Assembly (NCBI GenBank): GCA_023251805.1
Contig: JAHEYB010000009.1
Span: forward strand, 2,056 to 66,055
Length of the DNA: 64,000 nucleotides
Direction: 5' to 3'
DNA from: Bacteroidota bacterium
GTDB taxonomy: Bacteria > Bacteroidota > Bacteroidia > 2-12-FULL-35-15
Positions 40,199 through 50,031 of the stretch are shown here, piece after piece. The notes under the pieces are model-generated. The model searched no databases. It saw only the letters and a list, made by a program, of their open reading frames with translations, and was not told the origin of the DNA. How positions within the stretch are numbered: position 1 is the first letter of the stretch; each line of letters starts with the position of its first letter. Made by a program: the position numbers and the translations under genes.

Positions 40199-40864
40199 TT
40201 ATTTATCAAATGCTATTTCCGTTACTTCGGCATCAGCCCATAACGATTCTAAATTATAAAAATTACGCACTTCTGTTTGAAAAATATGTACTACTACAGT
40301 AACGTAGTCTACTAATATCCACTCTGAATTTTCAAAACCTTCTTTACGATAAGGGCGTTCTCCTGTTAATTTTTTCACCATTTCTTCAACCGAACCAGCA
40401 ATTGCATTTACTTGTGTTGTTGAATCAGCTTGACAAATAATAAAATAATCACAAACGCGATTATGAATATCTTGTAAGTTTAAAACAGAAATGTTTCTTC
40501 CTTTTACTTCCAGCACTCCTTCAACAATTGCATCTGTTAATAGTTCAGATGGACCTTTTATTTTCTTAGCTACAGGTTTTGCAAGTGTTTTTACTGGTTT
40601 AACAAGTGCTTTTTTTAGTGATCCCTTTTGAGCAATTGTTTGAATAGCTTTTTTAACTACTTTTTTTGTTGACGCCTTTGGGGTTGACCCCTTCGGGGCA
40701 ACTTTTTTAGCTGTCATTTTGCTGGCTATCGAACCTGCCTTGCCAACTTGGAGGCGCTTAGATTTTGGAGCTGTTTTCGCACTTTTTGTAGTAGCCGACT
40801 TCGTTTTTACTTCTTTCTTCTTTGCCACTGTTTTTTTTACAGGAGCCACTTTCTTTTTCGCCAT
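40199..40864 (-). CDS. rsfS: Ribosome silencing factor RsfS with ~105-aa Lys/Ala/Thr/Pro-rich N-terminal extension
   Basis: C-terminal ~115 aa ('EVKGRNISVLNLQDI..DYFIICQADSTTQVNAIA..WILVDYVTVVVHIF') is a full RsfS domain. Residues 1-105 are 'MAKKKVAPVKKTVAKKKEVKTKSATTKSAK...'. Confidence 0.85.
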   Translation of the reverse strand: MAKKKVAPVKKTVAKKKEVKTKSATTKSAKTAPKSKRLQVGKAGSIASKMTAKKVAPKGSTPKASTKKVVKKAIQTIAQKGSLKKALVKPVKTLAKPVAKKIKGPSELLTDAIVEGVLEVKGRNISVLNLQDIHNRVCDYFIICQADSTTQVNAIAGSVEEMVKKLTGERPYRKEGFENSEWILVDYVTVVVHIFQTEVRNFYNLESLWADAEVTEIAFDK

Positions 40865-40942
40865 TTAAGGATATATCTATTTAATTACTTTCTTTGCTGG
40901 GTGATTATTCACAAAAATAATCAAATCTTTCGCAAAACTCTA

Positions 40943-41701
40943 ATGAAAACATTATTTGTAGGGCAAAATAGCATTCATGTTGAGTCGGTTGATTCTACCA
41001 ACAGTTATGCCACTGAACTTATGCGACAAATTGAGCTGTCGGAAGGCAGTGTTATTTATAGTTTTGAGCAGTTAAATGGACGTGGACAAAGAGGAAATCA
41101 ATGGGAGAGCGAACCCAATAAAAACGTGGCTTTGAGCCTTGTTTTATATCCTGGCTTTGTATCGGCTGAAAGGCAGTTCTTACTAACAAAAATAAGCTCT
41201 TTAGCGGTCGCTGACTTAATGGCAGAATTGCTGGAGGATTCTATCAATCCTAAGGAAATAAAGATAAAATGGCCCAATGACATTTATGTAAAAGGGAAAA
41301 AAATAGCGGGCATTTTAATTGAAAATAGTTTGCGTGAGAGCCGTATTCAGAGTTCTATAGTAGGGATTGGGATAAATGTGAATCAACAGAGTTTTACCAG
41401 TGGAAATGCAATATCACTTGCTTTGTTGGCAAATAATGACTTTCATTTGATGAAGGTTCTTGAGCGATTGTGTGAATTTTTTGAAGCTTGGTATTTGCAG
41501 TTAAAAGCAGGGAAGATCGAAAGCGTAGATAATGCTTATTTAGAGAAATTTTATAAGGTAAATGAATGGGCGCAATATCAATCAAGTGGAGATTCTTTTG
41601 AAGGAAAAATAACAGGAGTTTCTAAAATTGGGAAATTGCAAGTTGAACTAAGAAGTAATGAAGTAAAAGAGTTTGATTTGAAGGAGATTTCCTTTATTTA
41701 A
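40943..41701 (+). CDS. birA: Biotin--[acetyl-CoA-carboxylase] ligase (group I, no HTH domain)
   Basis: 'QLNGRGQRGNQWES' matches the GRGRxGRxW motif, and 'KWPNDIY..KKIAGILIE' is present. ATG at 40943 is preferred; the upstream part of the ORF-track call is antisense to rsfS. Confidence 0.88.
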   Translation: MKTLFVGQNSIHVESVDSTNSYATELMRQIELSEGSVIYSFEQLNGRGQRGNQWESEPNKNVALSLVLYPGFVSAERQFLLTKISSLAVADLMAELLEDSINPKEIKIKWPNDIYVKGKKIAGILIENSLRESRIQSSIVGIGINVNQQSFTSGNAISLALLANNDFHLMKVLERLCEFFEAWYLQLKAGKIESVDNAYLEKFYKVNEWAQYQSSGDSFEGKITGVSKIGKLQVELRSNEVKEFDLKEISFI

Positions 41702-42098
41702 TATCCTTCATTTTATGGGCAAGCATATTGAAAAAATTTCCAAGGGGCTTTTCTACCATCATTTTAATCATTGGATTCATATCGGATTCAAAGCTCAGTT
41801 GTCCAACACAATTATTAGCATCTTTTTCGGTAAGCAAAACAAAGAGTTTAAATTCAAAAGGAACCTTTCCGTGAGAAGTGATGGTGATTTTTGAGACAGG
41901 CGTTTTTTCAATAATTTTCATCCCGATAGTTGCCATACCGTTTATTGTGAATGAGCATTCTTCGGAAGTGGATGTCCAGTTGGTAACTTGAGAAGGCATT
42001 AGTTTTTCGAAATTATTGAAATCGCTTAAATAGTTGAATATATTTTGAGCAGAATTTGCAATCTCTATTTTTTCACTTTCTATTTTGGTTAAGGACAT
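41694..42098 (-). CDS. SRPBCC-superfamily (START/polyketide-cyclase-like) small protein
   Basis: 134 aa from ATG at 42098. The pattern of beta-strands and a C-terminal helix is typical of SRPBCC. Call is from recall. It overlaps the birA 3' end by 8 bp, convergently. Confidence 0.45.
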   Translation of the reverse strand: MSLTKIESEKIEIANSAQNIFNYLSDFNNFEKLMPSQVTNWTSTSEECSFTINGMATIGMKIIEKTPVSKITITSHGKVPFEFKLFVLLTEKDANNCVGQLSFESDMNPMIKMMVEKPLGNFFNMLAHKMKDIK

Positions 42099-42169
42099 AG
42101 TATTGAAAATTGTAATATTGAATATCATTCTCGCTTCCCGATCTTTATCGGAAGCCTACTGCCAATTGT

Positions 42170-42838
42170 CTACTTTTTTTTCTTGTCTACTGTCGACTGA
42201 ATTCCCCATTCGGCAGGATTTTCGCGCCAAGCTTTAAGAGATGCCAAATCTTTATCGTTGATATAATCTGATTGCAAGGCTTGATTAATCATGGTGTCGT
42301 AATTACTCAAAGTAACTAATTCACATTTTGCTTTTTTGAAATTGTCGACTGCTGTTTTAAACCCATATGTAAAAATTGCAGCCATTCCTTTAACATCGCA
42401 ACCAGCTTCGCGTAAAGCATCTACTGCTTTTAAACTACTTCCACCGGTTGAAATTAAATCTTCAATCACCACCACAGATTGTCCTTTTTCAACAATTCCT
42501 TCAATCATATTTGTGAGTCCGTGTTTTTTTGCTTCTGAACGAACATACACAAATGGTAATCCCATTTCCTGAGCAACCAAAGCGCCTTGTGCGATTCCAC
42601 CTGTTGCAACACCAGCAATAACATCAGGTTTACCGAATTTTTCTAAGATGGCATCTACAAACTGTTGGCGAATATATGTGCGCACTTGTGGAAAAGATAA
42701 AGTTACTCGGTTGTCGCAATAAATAGGCGATTTCCAGCCCGATGCCCAAATAAATGGTTTGTGGGGTTGTAACTTAACGGCTTTCACTTGTAATAAAAAT
42801 TCTGCAACCTTCAATGCAGATTCATCGTTCTTCTTCAT
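42170..42838 (-). CDS. pyrE: Orotate phosphoribosyltransferase
   Basis: 'FIWASGWKSPIYCDNR' and PRPP-binding 'VVVIEDLISTGGS'. ATG at 42838 is preferred over 42928. Confidence 0.92.
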   Translation of the reverse strand: MKKNDESALKVAEFLLQVKAVKLQPHKPFIWASGWKSPIYCDNRVTLSFPQVRTYIRQQFVDAILEKFGKPDVIAGVATGGIAQGALVAQEMGLPFVYVRSEAKKHGLTNMIEGIVEKGQSVVVIEDLISTGGSSLKAVDALREAGCDVKGMAAIFTYGFKTAVDNFKKAKCELVTLSNYDTMINQALQSDYINDKDLASLKAWRENPAEWGIQSTVDKKKK

Positions 42839-42897
42839 GCGGCAAAAATAAACTAAATTTGTAAAGACAATCAATATTTTAATTAACAAAATTAGTA

Positions 42898-43506
42898 ATG
42901 GTAAAAGTATTTTCATTAAACAAAACAATATGCCTTACTAGCAATCTAATGGACTACCAGCAAAGGAAGGACACTGTTTTGGTTAGGATTCATTCCTTAG
43001 ACGAATTGCAGATGATGTACGATGAACTGGTAAATAAAAATCAATTTATTGAAGTTTATTATTATCATGAAAATGAAAAACTTCTATTAACAAGTTTTTC
43101 GGCTGCTTTTAAGGTAATTGAAGCTGCAGGTGGTTTGGTGAAAAATAAAAATGGAGAATACCTTTTTATTTTTAGAAATGGGAAATGGGATTTACCAAAA
43201 GGGAAAATTGAAAAAGGAGAAGGAATAAAAACTGCTGCCATTCGCGAAGTGGAAGAGGAATGCAGTGTAGGCAAATTAAAAATTGTAAAAGAATTAGAAT
43301 CAACTTACCATACCTATCATCAAGATGAAAAAGCGATTTTAAAGCGCACGTATTGGTTTGAAATGCTGTGTGAAGATGAATCGGCATTGATCCCACAAGA
43401 AGAGGAAGGCATTACAGAAGTGAAGTGGCTTTCAAAAGATCAATTAAGTCAAGTATATGAAAACACTTTTGAATCGATAAAAGAAGTATTAAAATCGGTT
43501 CATTAA
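42898..43506 (+). CDS. NUDIX hydrolase
   Basis: Nudix box 'GKIEKGEGIKTAAIREVEEECSV'. An alternative start lies at 42949 (MDYQQRKD). Confidence 0.8.
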   Translation: MVKVFSLNKTICLTSNLMDYQQRKDTVLVRIHSLDELQMMYDELVNKNQFIEVYYYHENEKLLLTSFSAAFKVIEAAGGLVKNKNGEYLFIFRNGKWDLPKGKIEKGEGIKTAAIREVEEECSVGKLKIVKELESTYHTYHQDEKAILKRTYWFEMLCEDESALIPQEEEGITEVKWLSKDQLSQVYENTFESIKEVLKSVH

Positions 43507-43531
43507 TTCATTAGCTAATTAGTGTTTTTTA

Positions 43532-43582
43532 ATCTGCACATCTGCACATTAGTAAATCTGCACATCAGTACATCTGCAAATC
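43532..43582. repeat. Four clustered copies of ATCTGCA(C/A)AT between convergent gene ends
   Basis: The sequence reads ATCTGCACATCTGCACAT-tagtaa-ATCTGCACAT-cagtac-ATCTGCAAAT. The motif is related to the ATCTGCGAAA units in the terminal repeats at 27427-27598 and to a solo copy near 20190. Confidence 0.7.
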
Positions 43583-43585
43583 GAT

Positions 43586-45001
43586 TTAATGATTTTTTTT
43601 ATCTCCGATTCCGTGTACTTTCGGCTTTATTTTAGTGATGTCGTAGAATGCGCGATCGATATCTTCATCCGGACTTTCAGCAGGTACTTGAATAAATTTT
43701 CCATCGGGACTAATCAAAAAATAAGTCGGTAAGGATTTAATTTCGTAGTCGCTTTTTAATTTCCCCAAAGAATTATCTGATAAAAAAAGCCAAGTGTATT
43801 TTGGGTTTTTAGTTTGAAAATTTTTCAAATCTGCATTTGTTTTGTCGGTAGAGATGCTAACAAAAGCAATTCGATCGCCATATGTTTTTATTAAAGACGG
43901 AATAATTTTCATTTGTTGCTGACAGGCAGAGCAGTTGATATCATAAAACATCAGATAAAGATATTTGTTAGTTCTTAGTTCATCCAAACTGTGTGTAAGT
44001 CCTGATTTGTCAGGCAGTTCAAAGAAAGGTGCTTGTCCGCCTACCTGTAATTTTGAAAAAGAATTTAAAATATTTTGAGCAATGCGTTTATGTTCATCTA
44101 TTTTAGATTCTTCAATTATTTGTTTCAAAATAGCAACAATGCTAGGCTTTTTAAAAGCGTTATCGTAATAGGATTCGTATAATCCTTTTATCAACACCAA
44201 TTCACAAAGTGTATCGTTTTGTAAAAATTCATCGCGTTTTAATACTTCCATTGTTCCTGAAAAACTTCCTCTATCGTTTATTTGAAATGCCATAGGTGTT
44301 CCTAATTTCGACATTGAAAAATCTTGAATTTTTTGCTTAAAAAAATCATTAAAAAAAAGCATGTATTCGGGATTGCTGTATAAAATAGGCTTTTTGGAAA
44401 GATATTCAACAAACAATTTTTTTTCACTCATTTTTGTTTTTTGTTCGAGTGAAGCAATAGAGTAGGTTATATAATTTTTGAAATAAACATTATTGACTGT
44501 AGAATAAAAATCTTTCATCGCTATTTTAAAAGAATCAATTTTAGCTTGCGTTTTTATTCTCAAATAAGTTATAGCTAAAAATTCATCAAAGCGATTGTCG
44601 TAATCCATCGTTAAGGAGTTGATTTCAGTTTTGCTTCTTAATCGGATAGATAATTTTACATCGTGTTCCAAATTTGGATTGTGGTAAGTAGTTGAATCAG
44701 GTGGAAAAAATATGACATCGTAATCGCCCTTTGGCTCGATGTACAACGAAGAAATATTTTTGTCAACTTTTAAAGTAACGTATTGAATTTCTTTGGTATT
44801 GAATTCAAGTGTAAAATTTCCAAGTGAATCGACAACGGTATAAGTAAGTTTTTTTTGTTGGTTGGAAATATAGTCGTTGTTTATCCATAGGCCAATTTCT
44901 TGATATTCGTAGGATTTGGCAGAGCCTTTTATTGTCACATTTTGAGCATGTGAAAAAAGGGGAAAAAGAAAGATGTTTGCAATAAGGATGATTTTATTCA
45001 T
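43586..45001 (-). CDS. TlpA-family thiol-disulfide oxidoreductase with long N-terminal domain
   Basis: Signal peptide present. The C-terminal thioredoxin fold has 'YLYLMFYDINCSACQQ' (CxxC) and 'LPTYFLISPDGK'. Confidence 0.75.
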   Translation of the reverse strand: MNKIILIANIFLFPLFSHAQNVTIKGSAKSYEYQEIGLWINNDYISNQQKKLTYTVVDSLGNFTLEFNTKEIQYVTLKVDKNISSLYIEPKGDYDVIFFPPDSTTYHNPNLEHDVKLSIRLRSKTEINSLTMDYDNRFDEFLAITYLRIKTQAKIDSFKIAMKDFYSTVNNVYFKNYITYSIASLEQKTKMSEKKLFVEYLSKKPILYSNPEYMLFFNDFFKQKIQDFSMSKLGTPMAFQINDRGSFSGTMEVLKRDEFLQNDTLCELVLIKGLYESYYDNAFKKPSIVAILKQIIEESKIDEHKRIAQNILNSFSKLQVGGQAPFFELPDKSGLTHSLDELRTNKYLYLMFYDINCSACQQQMKIIPSLIKTYGDRIAFVSISTDKTNADLKNFQTKNPKYTWLFLSDNSLGKLKSDYEIKSLPTYFLISPDGKFIQVPAESPDEDIDRAFYDITKIKPKVHGIGDKKNH

Positions 45002-45043
45002 GTGTTTCTCGACTTCGCTCGAAATGACAAATATTATGCCTAA

Positions 45044-45514
45044 TTAGGGTGCTTTTATATCAATTCCTTTGGGAACAAAAGGCGAGGCGTCACCACCATT
45101 TCTGATGATATCACGTACAATTGTTGAATTTATTGCAGAAAGTTCGGGAATAGGTAAAATAAATACTGTTTCGATAGAAGGAGCCATCATGGTATTGTTT
45201 TGGGCAATCGATTTTTCAAATTCAAAGTCGGCCGAGGTGCGTAATCCGCGAAGGATAAAATTGGCATTCATTTTTTTACAAAAATCGATTGTTAAACCGG
45301 TATACGTTTCAATTTTTACTTTTGGTTCCTTAGCAAAAACTTGATTTATCCATTTTTGGCGTTGTTCCAAACTAAAATAGTTTTGTTTACTGCTGTTTTT
45401 TCCAATAGCGATAACAATTTCATCGAAGAGCGGTAAAGCTCTTCTCAAAATATTTTCGTGCCCTTTTGTAATTGGGTCGAATGAGCCGGGAAAGATAGCG
45501 ATACGTTTTTCCAT
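45044..45514 (-). CDS. coaD: Pantetheine-phosphate adenylyltransferase
   Basis: 'IAIFPGSFDPITKGHENI' (T/HxGH motif). 156 aa. Confidence 0.95.
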   Translation of the reverse strand: MEKRIAIFPGSFDPITKGHENILRRALPLFDEIVIAIGKNSSKQNYFSLEQRQKWINQVFAKEPKVKIETYTGLTIDFCKKMNANFILRGLRTSADFEFEKSIAQNNTMMAPSIETVFILPIPELSAINSTIVRDIIRNGGDASPFVPKGIDIKAP

Positions 45515-45585
45515 TTTTGTTTGGATTGATTAAAACTTTGTGCGCCATAGCTTTAGCGAAGGCTGTACGAATTTACGAAAAGTTT

Positions 45586-46134
45586 TTAAGCTTCTTCAGC
45601 CTTTTCAACAAATATCGAAAAGTTCACATTTCCATAACTGCGGTGTTCTTTGAAGTGAGGGAGTTTGGATAAATCGGTATGCGGGCCATGTTCTACAATT
45701 AGCCAGCCTTGTGGTTTTAAAAGCTTATTGGCAAATACTAATTCGGGTAATAAATGAAAATTTTCCATATCATAAGGTGGGTCGCAAAAAATGATGTGAT
45801 AAGGAATAGTTGCACGTTTTAAAAATGCAAATGCATCGGATTTTATCATTTTTACAACATCCATTTTAAATTCGGAAATTGTTTTTTTAATAAATTCACA
45901 GCAGCTGTAGTTGCTATCAACACTAGTAATATCGCCACATCCGCGAGAAGCAAATTCATAAGTGATGTTTCCTGTCCCGCAAAATAAATCCAAAATTTTT
46001 AATCCGTCAAATTCAAAATGATTGTTTAAAATATTGAAGATGCTTTCTTTGGCAAAATCGGTGGTGGGGCGAACGGGTAAATTCTTTGGCGGATGGATGA
46101 CTCTGCCTTTATGCGTTCCGCCAATTATTCGCAT
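45586..46134 (-). CDS. rsmD: 16S rRNA (guanine966-N2)-methyltransferase RsmD
   Basis: 'MRIIGGTHKGRVI..PTTDFAKESIFNIL', SAM motif 'LDLFCGTG', and 'FCDPPY'. Confidence 0.92.
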   Translation of the reverse strand: MRIIGGTHKGRVIHPPKNLPVRPTTDFAKESIFNILNNHFEFDGLKILDLFCGTGNITYEFASRGCGDITSVDSNYSCCEFIKKTISEFKMDVVKMIKSDAFAFLKRATIPYHIIFCDPPYDMENFHLLPELVFANKLLKPQGWLIVEHGPHTDLSKLPHFKEHRSYGNVNFSIFVEKAEEA

Positions 46135-47009
46135 TAGGATAAATAGCTGTTAAATAGAGTAAAATAGGAGTGTTTTGGTAAGGTTTGCAGCTGGTAGCTA
46201 AAATCAGAGGCATCGGTGCGTTCTCCAAATTTTATGGTACGAATGTACTTATTTGCCAAGGTATAAATGGAAGAAGATTTTTCTATTTCACCCAAAAAGA
46301 TAGTCTCCATTTTCTCAGGATTTAATTGCAATTGTTCGTATACAAATAAAAGATAATAGATAAAATCTTCCGTTGATTGGTAATTGAACGTGTTATAAAA
46401 AATCAAATTTTTACCATCAATTAAAAGTGTTTCAAAATGCGTATTTTGAATATGAACGTATAATTTTTTTCCGATTTGATTTTTATGGTTTGCAACCAAA
46501 GTGTCAATTAAGGTGCTGGAAGCGTGGTGGTAATTCACATTACTGTATTGTGCATCCAATTTTGATTTTATGGACAAAGGAATAGCAAAAACATTTTTCG
46601 CATCCAAGCTTCTGATGTTGTCTATTGCAACCAATTCATCACCTTCCAAAGAAGCATTGAATTTCAAATACATTCTTTTTCTGTCTTCCTCAAAAAGAGC
46701 ATTTGGAACCAAAGTAGAAAGATTATTGACAATGACACAGGAAACCGATTGAAATTTATGGTTGACCAGTTTTGATTCTTTTAATAGCGTGTCAATCAGT
46801 TCGGCAAGGCCGTCAAAATTATGAACATTGGAAATGCTGTATTTTTCTAGAGCAATGTATTTGTTTTTTTGTTTGTCATGAATGCCAACCAAAACATCGT
46901 TTATTCCCACTTGCAGAAGCAATTGATAAGATGCAGTTTTTTTTGCATCAAAAGCTTCATCAATGAATGAATGAAGTTGCGTTAGTTTATTTTTTATATC
47001 AGTGGTCAT
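46134..47009 (-). CDS. DUF3822-family protein (conserved partner of rsmD/coaD in Bacteroidota; from recall)
   Basis: 291 aa with no motifs of known function. The stop codon overlaps the rsmD start by 1 nt, which suggests co-transcription. Confidence 0.5.
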   Translation of the reverse strand: MTTDIKNKLTQLHSFIDEAFDAKKTASYQLLLQVGINDVLVGIHDKQKNKYIALEKYSISNVHNFDGLAELIDTLLKESKLVNHKFQSVSCVIVNNLSTLVPNALFEEDRKRMYLKFNASLEGDELVAIDNIRSLDAKNVFAIPLSIKSKLDAQYSNVNYHHASSTLIDTLVANHKNQIGKKLYVHIQNTHFETLLIDGKNLIFYNTFNYQSTEDFIYYLLFVYEQLQLNPEKMETIFLGEIEKSSSIYTLANKYIRTIKFGERTDASDFSYQLQTLPKHSYFTLFNSYLS

Positions 47010-47081
47010 TGGGTTGCAAAGATAGGAAGTTCTACGAATTACGAATCATTTCGAATTGCGAATTCTACGTTTTTTATAGGC

Positions 47082-48623
47082 TTGATTTTTAGTATGAAAA
47101 ATCATAAATCATGTTTTATCATAACAATCATAACAATCTGCGTTCCTATTGGAGCTAGATTATGTAAATTCGTGGCGATTAATATCATTAAATTGAAACA
47201 AGAAGAGTTTAGTAAAATATTGTTGCAGCGTTTTCCCTTTGAAGTTACAAGTGGACAAAGGATGTTGTTTACAAAACTTTCGGAGTTTATTCTGAATATT
47301 AATTCCGACCAGATATTTATCATAAAAGGCTATGCGGGAACAGGAAAAACAACTACTGTTAGGGCGCTTGTTGAAAGTTTGCCCGCTTTGGGAGGGAAAA
47401 CAGTTTTATTGGCACCAACGGGAAGAGCCGCAAAAGTGCTTTCGAATTATACGGGAAAGCAAGCATTTACCATTCACAAAAAAATATATTATCGTAAGCC
47501 TGATAACGAAGGAGGAATGGCTTTTACGTTGCAACAAAATTTGCATACGAACACCATTTTTATTGTGGACGAAGCATCTATGATTTCAAATTCGGGTGGA
47601 TTAAATGCAAGTGGAACTTTTGGCGGAGGAAGTTTGTTGGACGATTTAATTTCTTATGTTTTTAATGGTAACAATTGCAAGCTCATATTTATTGGTGATA
47701 CAGCTCAGTTGCCACCTGTGGGCCTGGATGTAAGTCCGGCTTTAGATTTAGATTTTATAAAAGCATCTTACTATTTTCAAGTGGATGGATTTGAATTAAC
47801 GGAGGTGGTGCGGCAAACAGAAGATTCGGGAATATTATCTAATGCAACTACTATTCGAAATCAAATTAAAAATGATGCAGATGCAAAGCCACACTTTAAA
47901 ATAAATGGATTTAAGGACATTGTTCGTTTGGGCGGAGATGAGCTGGAAGATGCTTTGAATAGTGCTTATTCCAAATATGGAGCAGAAGATACAATGGTGA
48001 TTTGTCGTTCGAATAAAAGAGCAAATATTTTTAATCAGCAAATACGCGCTCGTATTCGTTGGCAAGAAAATGAATTATCCACAGGTGATTTTATGATGGT
48101 GGTGAAAAATAATTATTTCTGGTTACCCGATGAATCAAAAGCAGGATTTATTGCCAATGGTGATATTGTTGAGTTGATGAGCATAGGAAAAATTCAGGTG
48201 ATGCATGGTTTTAGGTTTGCGGATGTGAGAATGCGGATGATAGATTATCCCGATGAACCGGAATTAGAAACACGTTTATTGCTCGATACAATTATGAGTG
48301 AAGCACCTGCACTTTCTCAAGAAGAAAATAAACGATTATACAATTCGGTTTCGGCTGATTATAGTGATATAGCGGACAGAAGGATGCGATTAAAAAAAGT
48401 GAAGGGAGATGGTTTTTTTAATGCTTTGCAAGTAAAGTTTGCATATGCTGTGACTTGTCACAAAGCGCAGGGTGGGCAGTGGCCATGTGTATTTGTAGAG
48501 CAAGGGTATTTAACAGATGAAATGATAAATACGGAGTATATGCGTTGGTTGTATACAGCAGTATCGCGTGCATCCGAGAAATTGTATTTAGTAAATTTTA
48601 ATAAAGATTTTTTTACGGAGTAG
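47082..48623 (+). CDS. RecD-like SF1 DNA helicase
   Basis: Walker A 'GYAGTGKTT', Walker B 'IFIVDEASM', 'FIGDTAQLPPV', and C-terminal 'AYAVTCHKAQGGQW'. The true start is uncertain; GTG at 47172 is possible. Confidence 0.8.
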   Translation: MIFSMKNHKSCFIITIITICVPIGARLCKFVAINIIKLKQEEFSKILLQRFPFEVTSGQRMLFTKLSEFILNINSDQIFIIKGYAGTGKTTTVRALVESLPALGGKTVLLAPTGRAAKVLSNYTGKQAFTIHKKIYYRKPDNEGGMAFTLQQNLHTNTIFIVDEASMISNSGGLNASGTFGGGSLLDDLISYVFNGNNCKLIFIGDTAQLPPVGLDVSPALDLDFIKASYYFQVDGFELTEVVRQTEDSGILSNATTIRNQIKNDADAKPHFKINGFKDIVRLGGDELEDALNSAYSKYGAEDTMVICRSNKRANIFNQQIRARIRWQENELSTGDFMMVVKNNYFWLPDESKAGFIANGDIVELMSIGKIQVMHGFRFADVRMRMIDYPDEPELETRLLLDTIMSEAPALSQEENKRLYNSVSADYSDIADRRMRLKKVKGDGFFNALQVKFAYAVTCHKAQGGQWPCVFVEQGYLTDEMINTEYMRWLYTAVSRASEKLYLVNFNKDFFTE

Positions 48624-48627
48624 GATG

Positions 48628-49026
48628 TTATTCTTCTTTCTCTAATACATATCCAATTTTGGCGCTAAACTTTGGCCAATCGATAAGTGTTCCTTTTTTT
48701 TCTTTCACTTTGATATTGGTAAAAAATAAGGTTGTTCCTCTATCTACTCGTCTAATTCGGCTTTGCATAATGTCAGATAAAGTAGTTCCTGTAATGGTTT
48801 CTTCATAAGCAATTCCCTGTATGGTTACCATCACATGAAATGAAATAACAGCCGAATCTAATACATTTCCATAGTTGTCTTTCCCTACTAATCTATTGTT
48901 AACATTATCGAATAGTACTGCATAAACATTGCCTTTTTTCTGAACTTTGATGGTGCCACGATTGTTTTCTTGCGCGAATGTGCAAAATGTGCTGATGAGA
49001 AAAAATATAGGAAGCAGTTTTTTCAT
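48628..49026 (-). CDS. Hypothetical secreted protein
   Basis: Signal peptide 'MKKLLPIFFLISTFCTFAQ'. No recognisable motifs. Confidence 0.5.
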   Translation of the reverse strand: MKKLLPIFFLISTFCTFAQENNRGTIKVQKKGNVYAVLFDNVNNRLVGKDNYGNVLDSAVISFHVMVTIQGIAYEETITGTTLSDIMQSRIRRVDRGTTLFFTNIKVKEKKGTLIDWPKFSAKIGYVLEKEE

Positions 49027-49076
49027 TTGTGAGTATAACGCAAATATAAGACCATTGTTTTGAGTGGTTTTTGCAA

Positions 49077-50024
49077 TTAAAATTTATAGGCTAATCCCAC
49101 TGCCAGTACTTCTTTGAATTGTAAGCGTGGTCCAGTGCCCCTAACTGTTTGTCCTGCTACAACTTTTTCATAGGGAACTGGAATATCATGATCATAAATT
49201 AATTGAGTGTTAACTGTGCAGGAAAGAAAGCGATTAATTTTCATGGCTAAAAGAATTTCCCAGTTCACATCTATGTTTTCGGGATGATTTAAATAGTTGG
49301 TGAAGAGTTCTAGTTTTGTTTGAAAATTTACATTTTTAAAAATATCTTTTTTGTAAGTCATCTTTAGAAATCCTCCAAATTCATAACGGATTGTTTGGCC
49401 ATCTTTTGTTTTTACACCTGCGGTGTCATATTCTGCTGCTTGTACACCAAATGCTCCTGCATCTGCAAGTCGCTGGTCGTTTACAAATGTAGCTTTACCG
49501 GTTAAAGGTGATACAAAAAAGGAAAGACTTTTGTCATGCGATTTATAATCCAAACCCAAAGCAGCTAATACAGTGGCAGGTGCCATAAAATGGGAAACGA
49601 TGGTAGTGTCATCGGGGTAATTATAGCCGACATCAAACTGGCTTTTGAAATTTAATAAAGCAGCATAATACCAATTTTTAGAAGCTTGTTGACCAAATTT
49701 GGAATTGAATTCAATTTTATCTTCACTTTTTCTGATGCTGCTTGAACCAATTTTTACTACACCGTAAGCAAGGTCCAGACTATTATCCCAGCTTGTTTTT
49801 TCAGATTTATAATTGCGAAATAAATTAAACAATGCAACTCCGGAAAGAGAATTGATTCCCCCAGCAGCCCAATTGGTATAACTGGCTTGTGAAAAATCAG
49901 CGCCAATCATTCCACCTTTTTTCCAAAGTTTTGTTGTGTCGGTTTTTACTATTGTGGAATCAATTGTTTGAGCTGTGGAAGTAAGACAAATAATCGTCAG
50001 AAAATAAATAATGATTTTTTTCAT
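49077..50024 (-). CDS. DUF3078-family outer-membrane beta-barrel protein
   Basis: Signal peptide present. 'WKKGGMIGADFSQASYTNWAAGGINSLSGV' matches my recollection of the DUF3078 N-terminal signature. The C-terminus is 'AVGLAYKF'. Confidence 0.6.
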   Translation of the reverse strand: MKKIIIYFLTIICLTSTAQTIDSTIVKTDTTKLWKKGGMIGADFSQASYTNWAAGGINSLSGVALFNLFRNYKSEKTSWDNSLDLAYGVVKIGSSSIRKSEDKIEFNSKFGQQASKNWYYAALLNFKSQFDVGYNYPDDTTIVSHFMAPATVLAALGLDYKSHDKSLSFFVSPLTGKATFVNDQRLADAGAFGVQAAEYDTAGVKTKDGQTIRYEFGGFLKMTYKKDIFKNVNFQTKLELFTNYLNHPENIDVNWEILLAMKINRFLSCTVNTQLIYDHDIPVPYEKVVAGQTVRGTGPRLQFKEVLAVGLAYKF

Positions 50025-50031
50025 GATGAAA

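Noticed and set aside
38118-40302. ORFs antisense to ftsH (38118-38414, 39393-39791, 40111-40302).
   Set aside because: They sit within the unambiguous ftsH coding region on the opposite strand. They are typical shadow ORFs.
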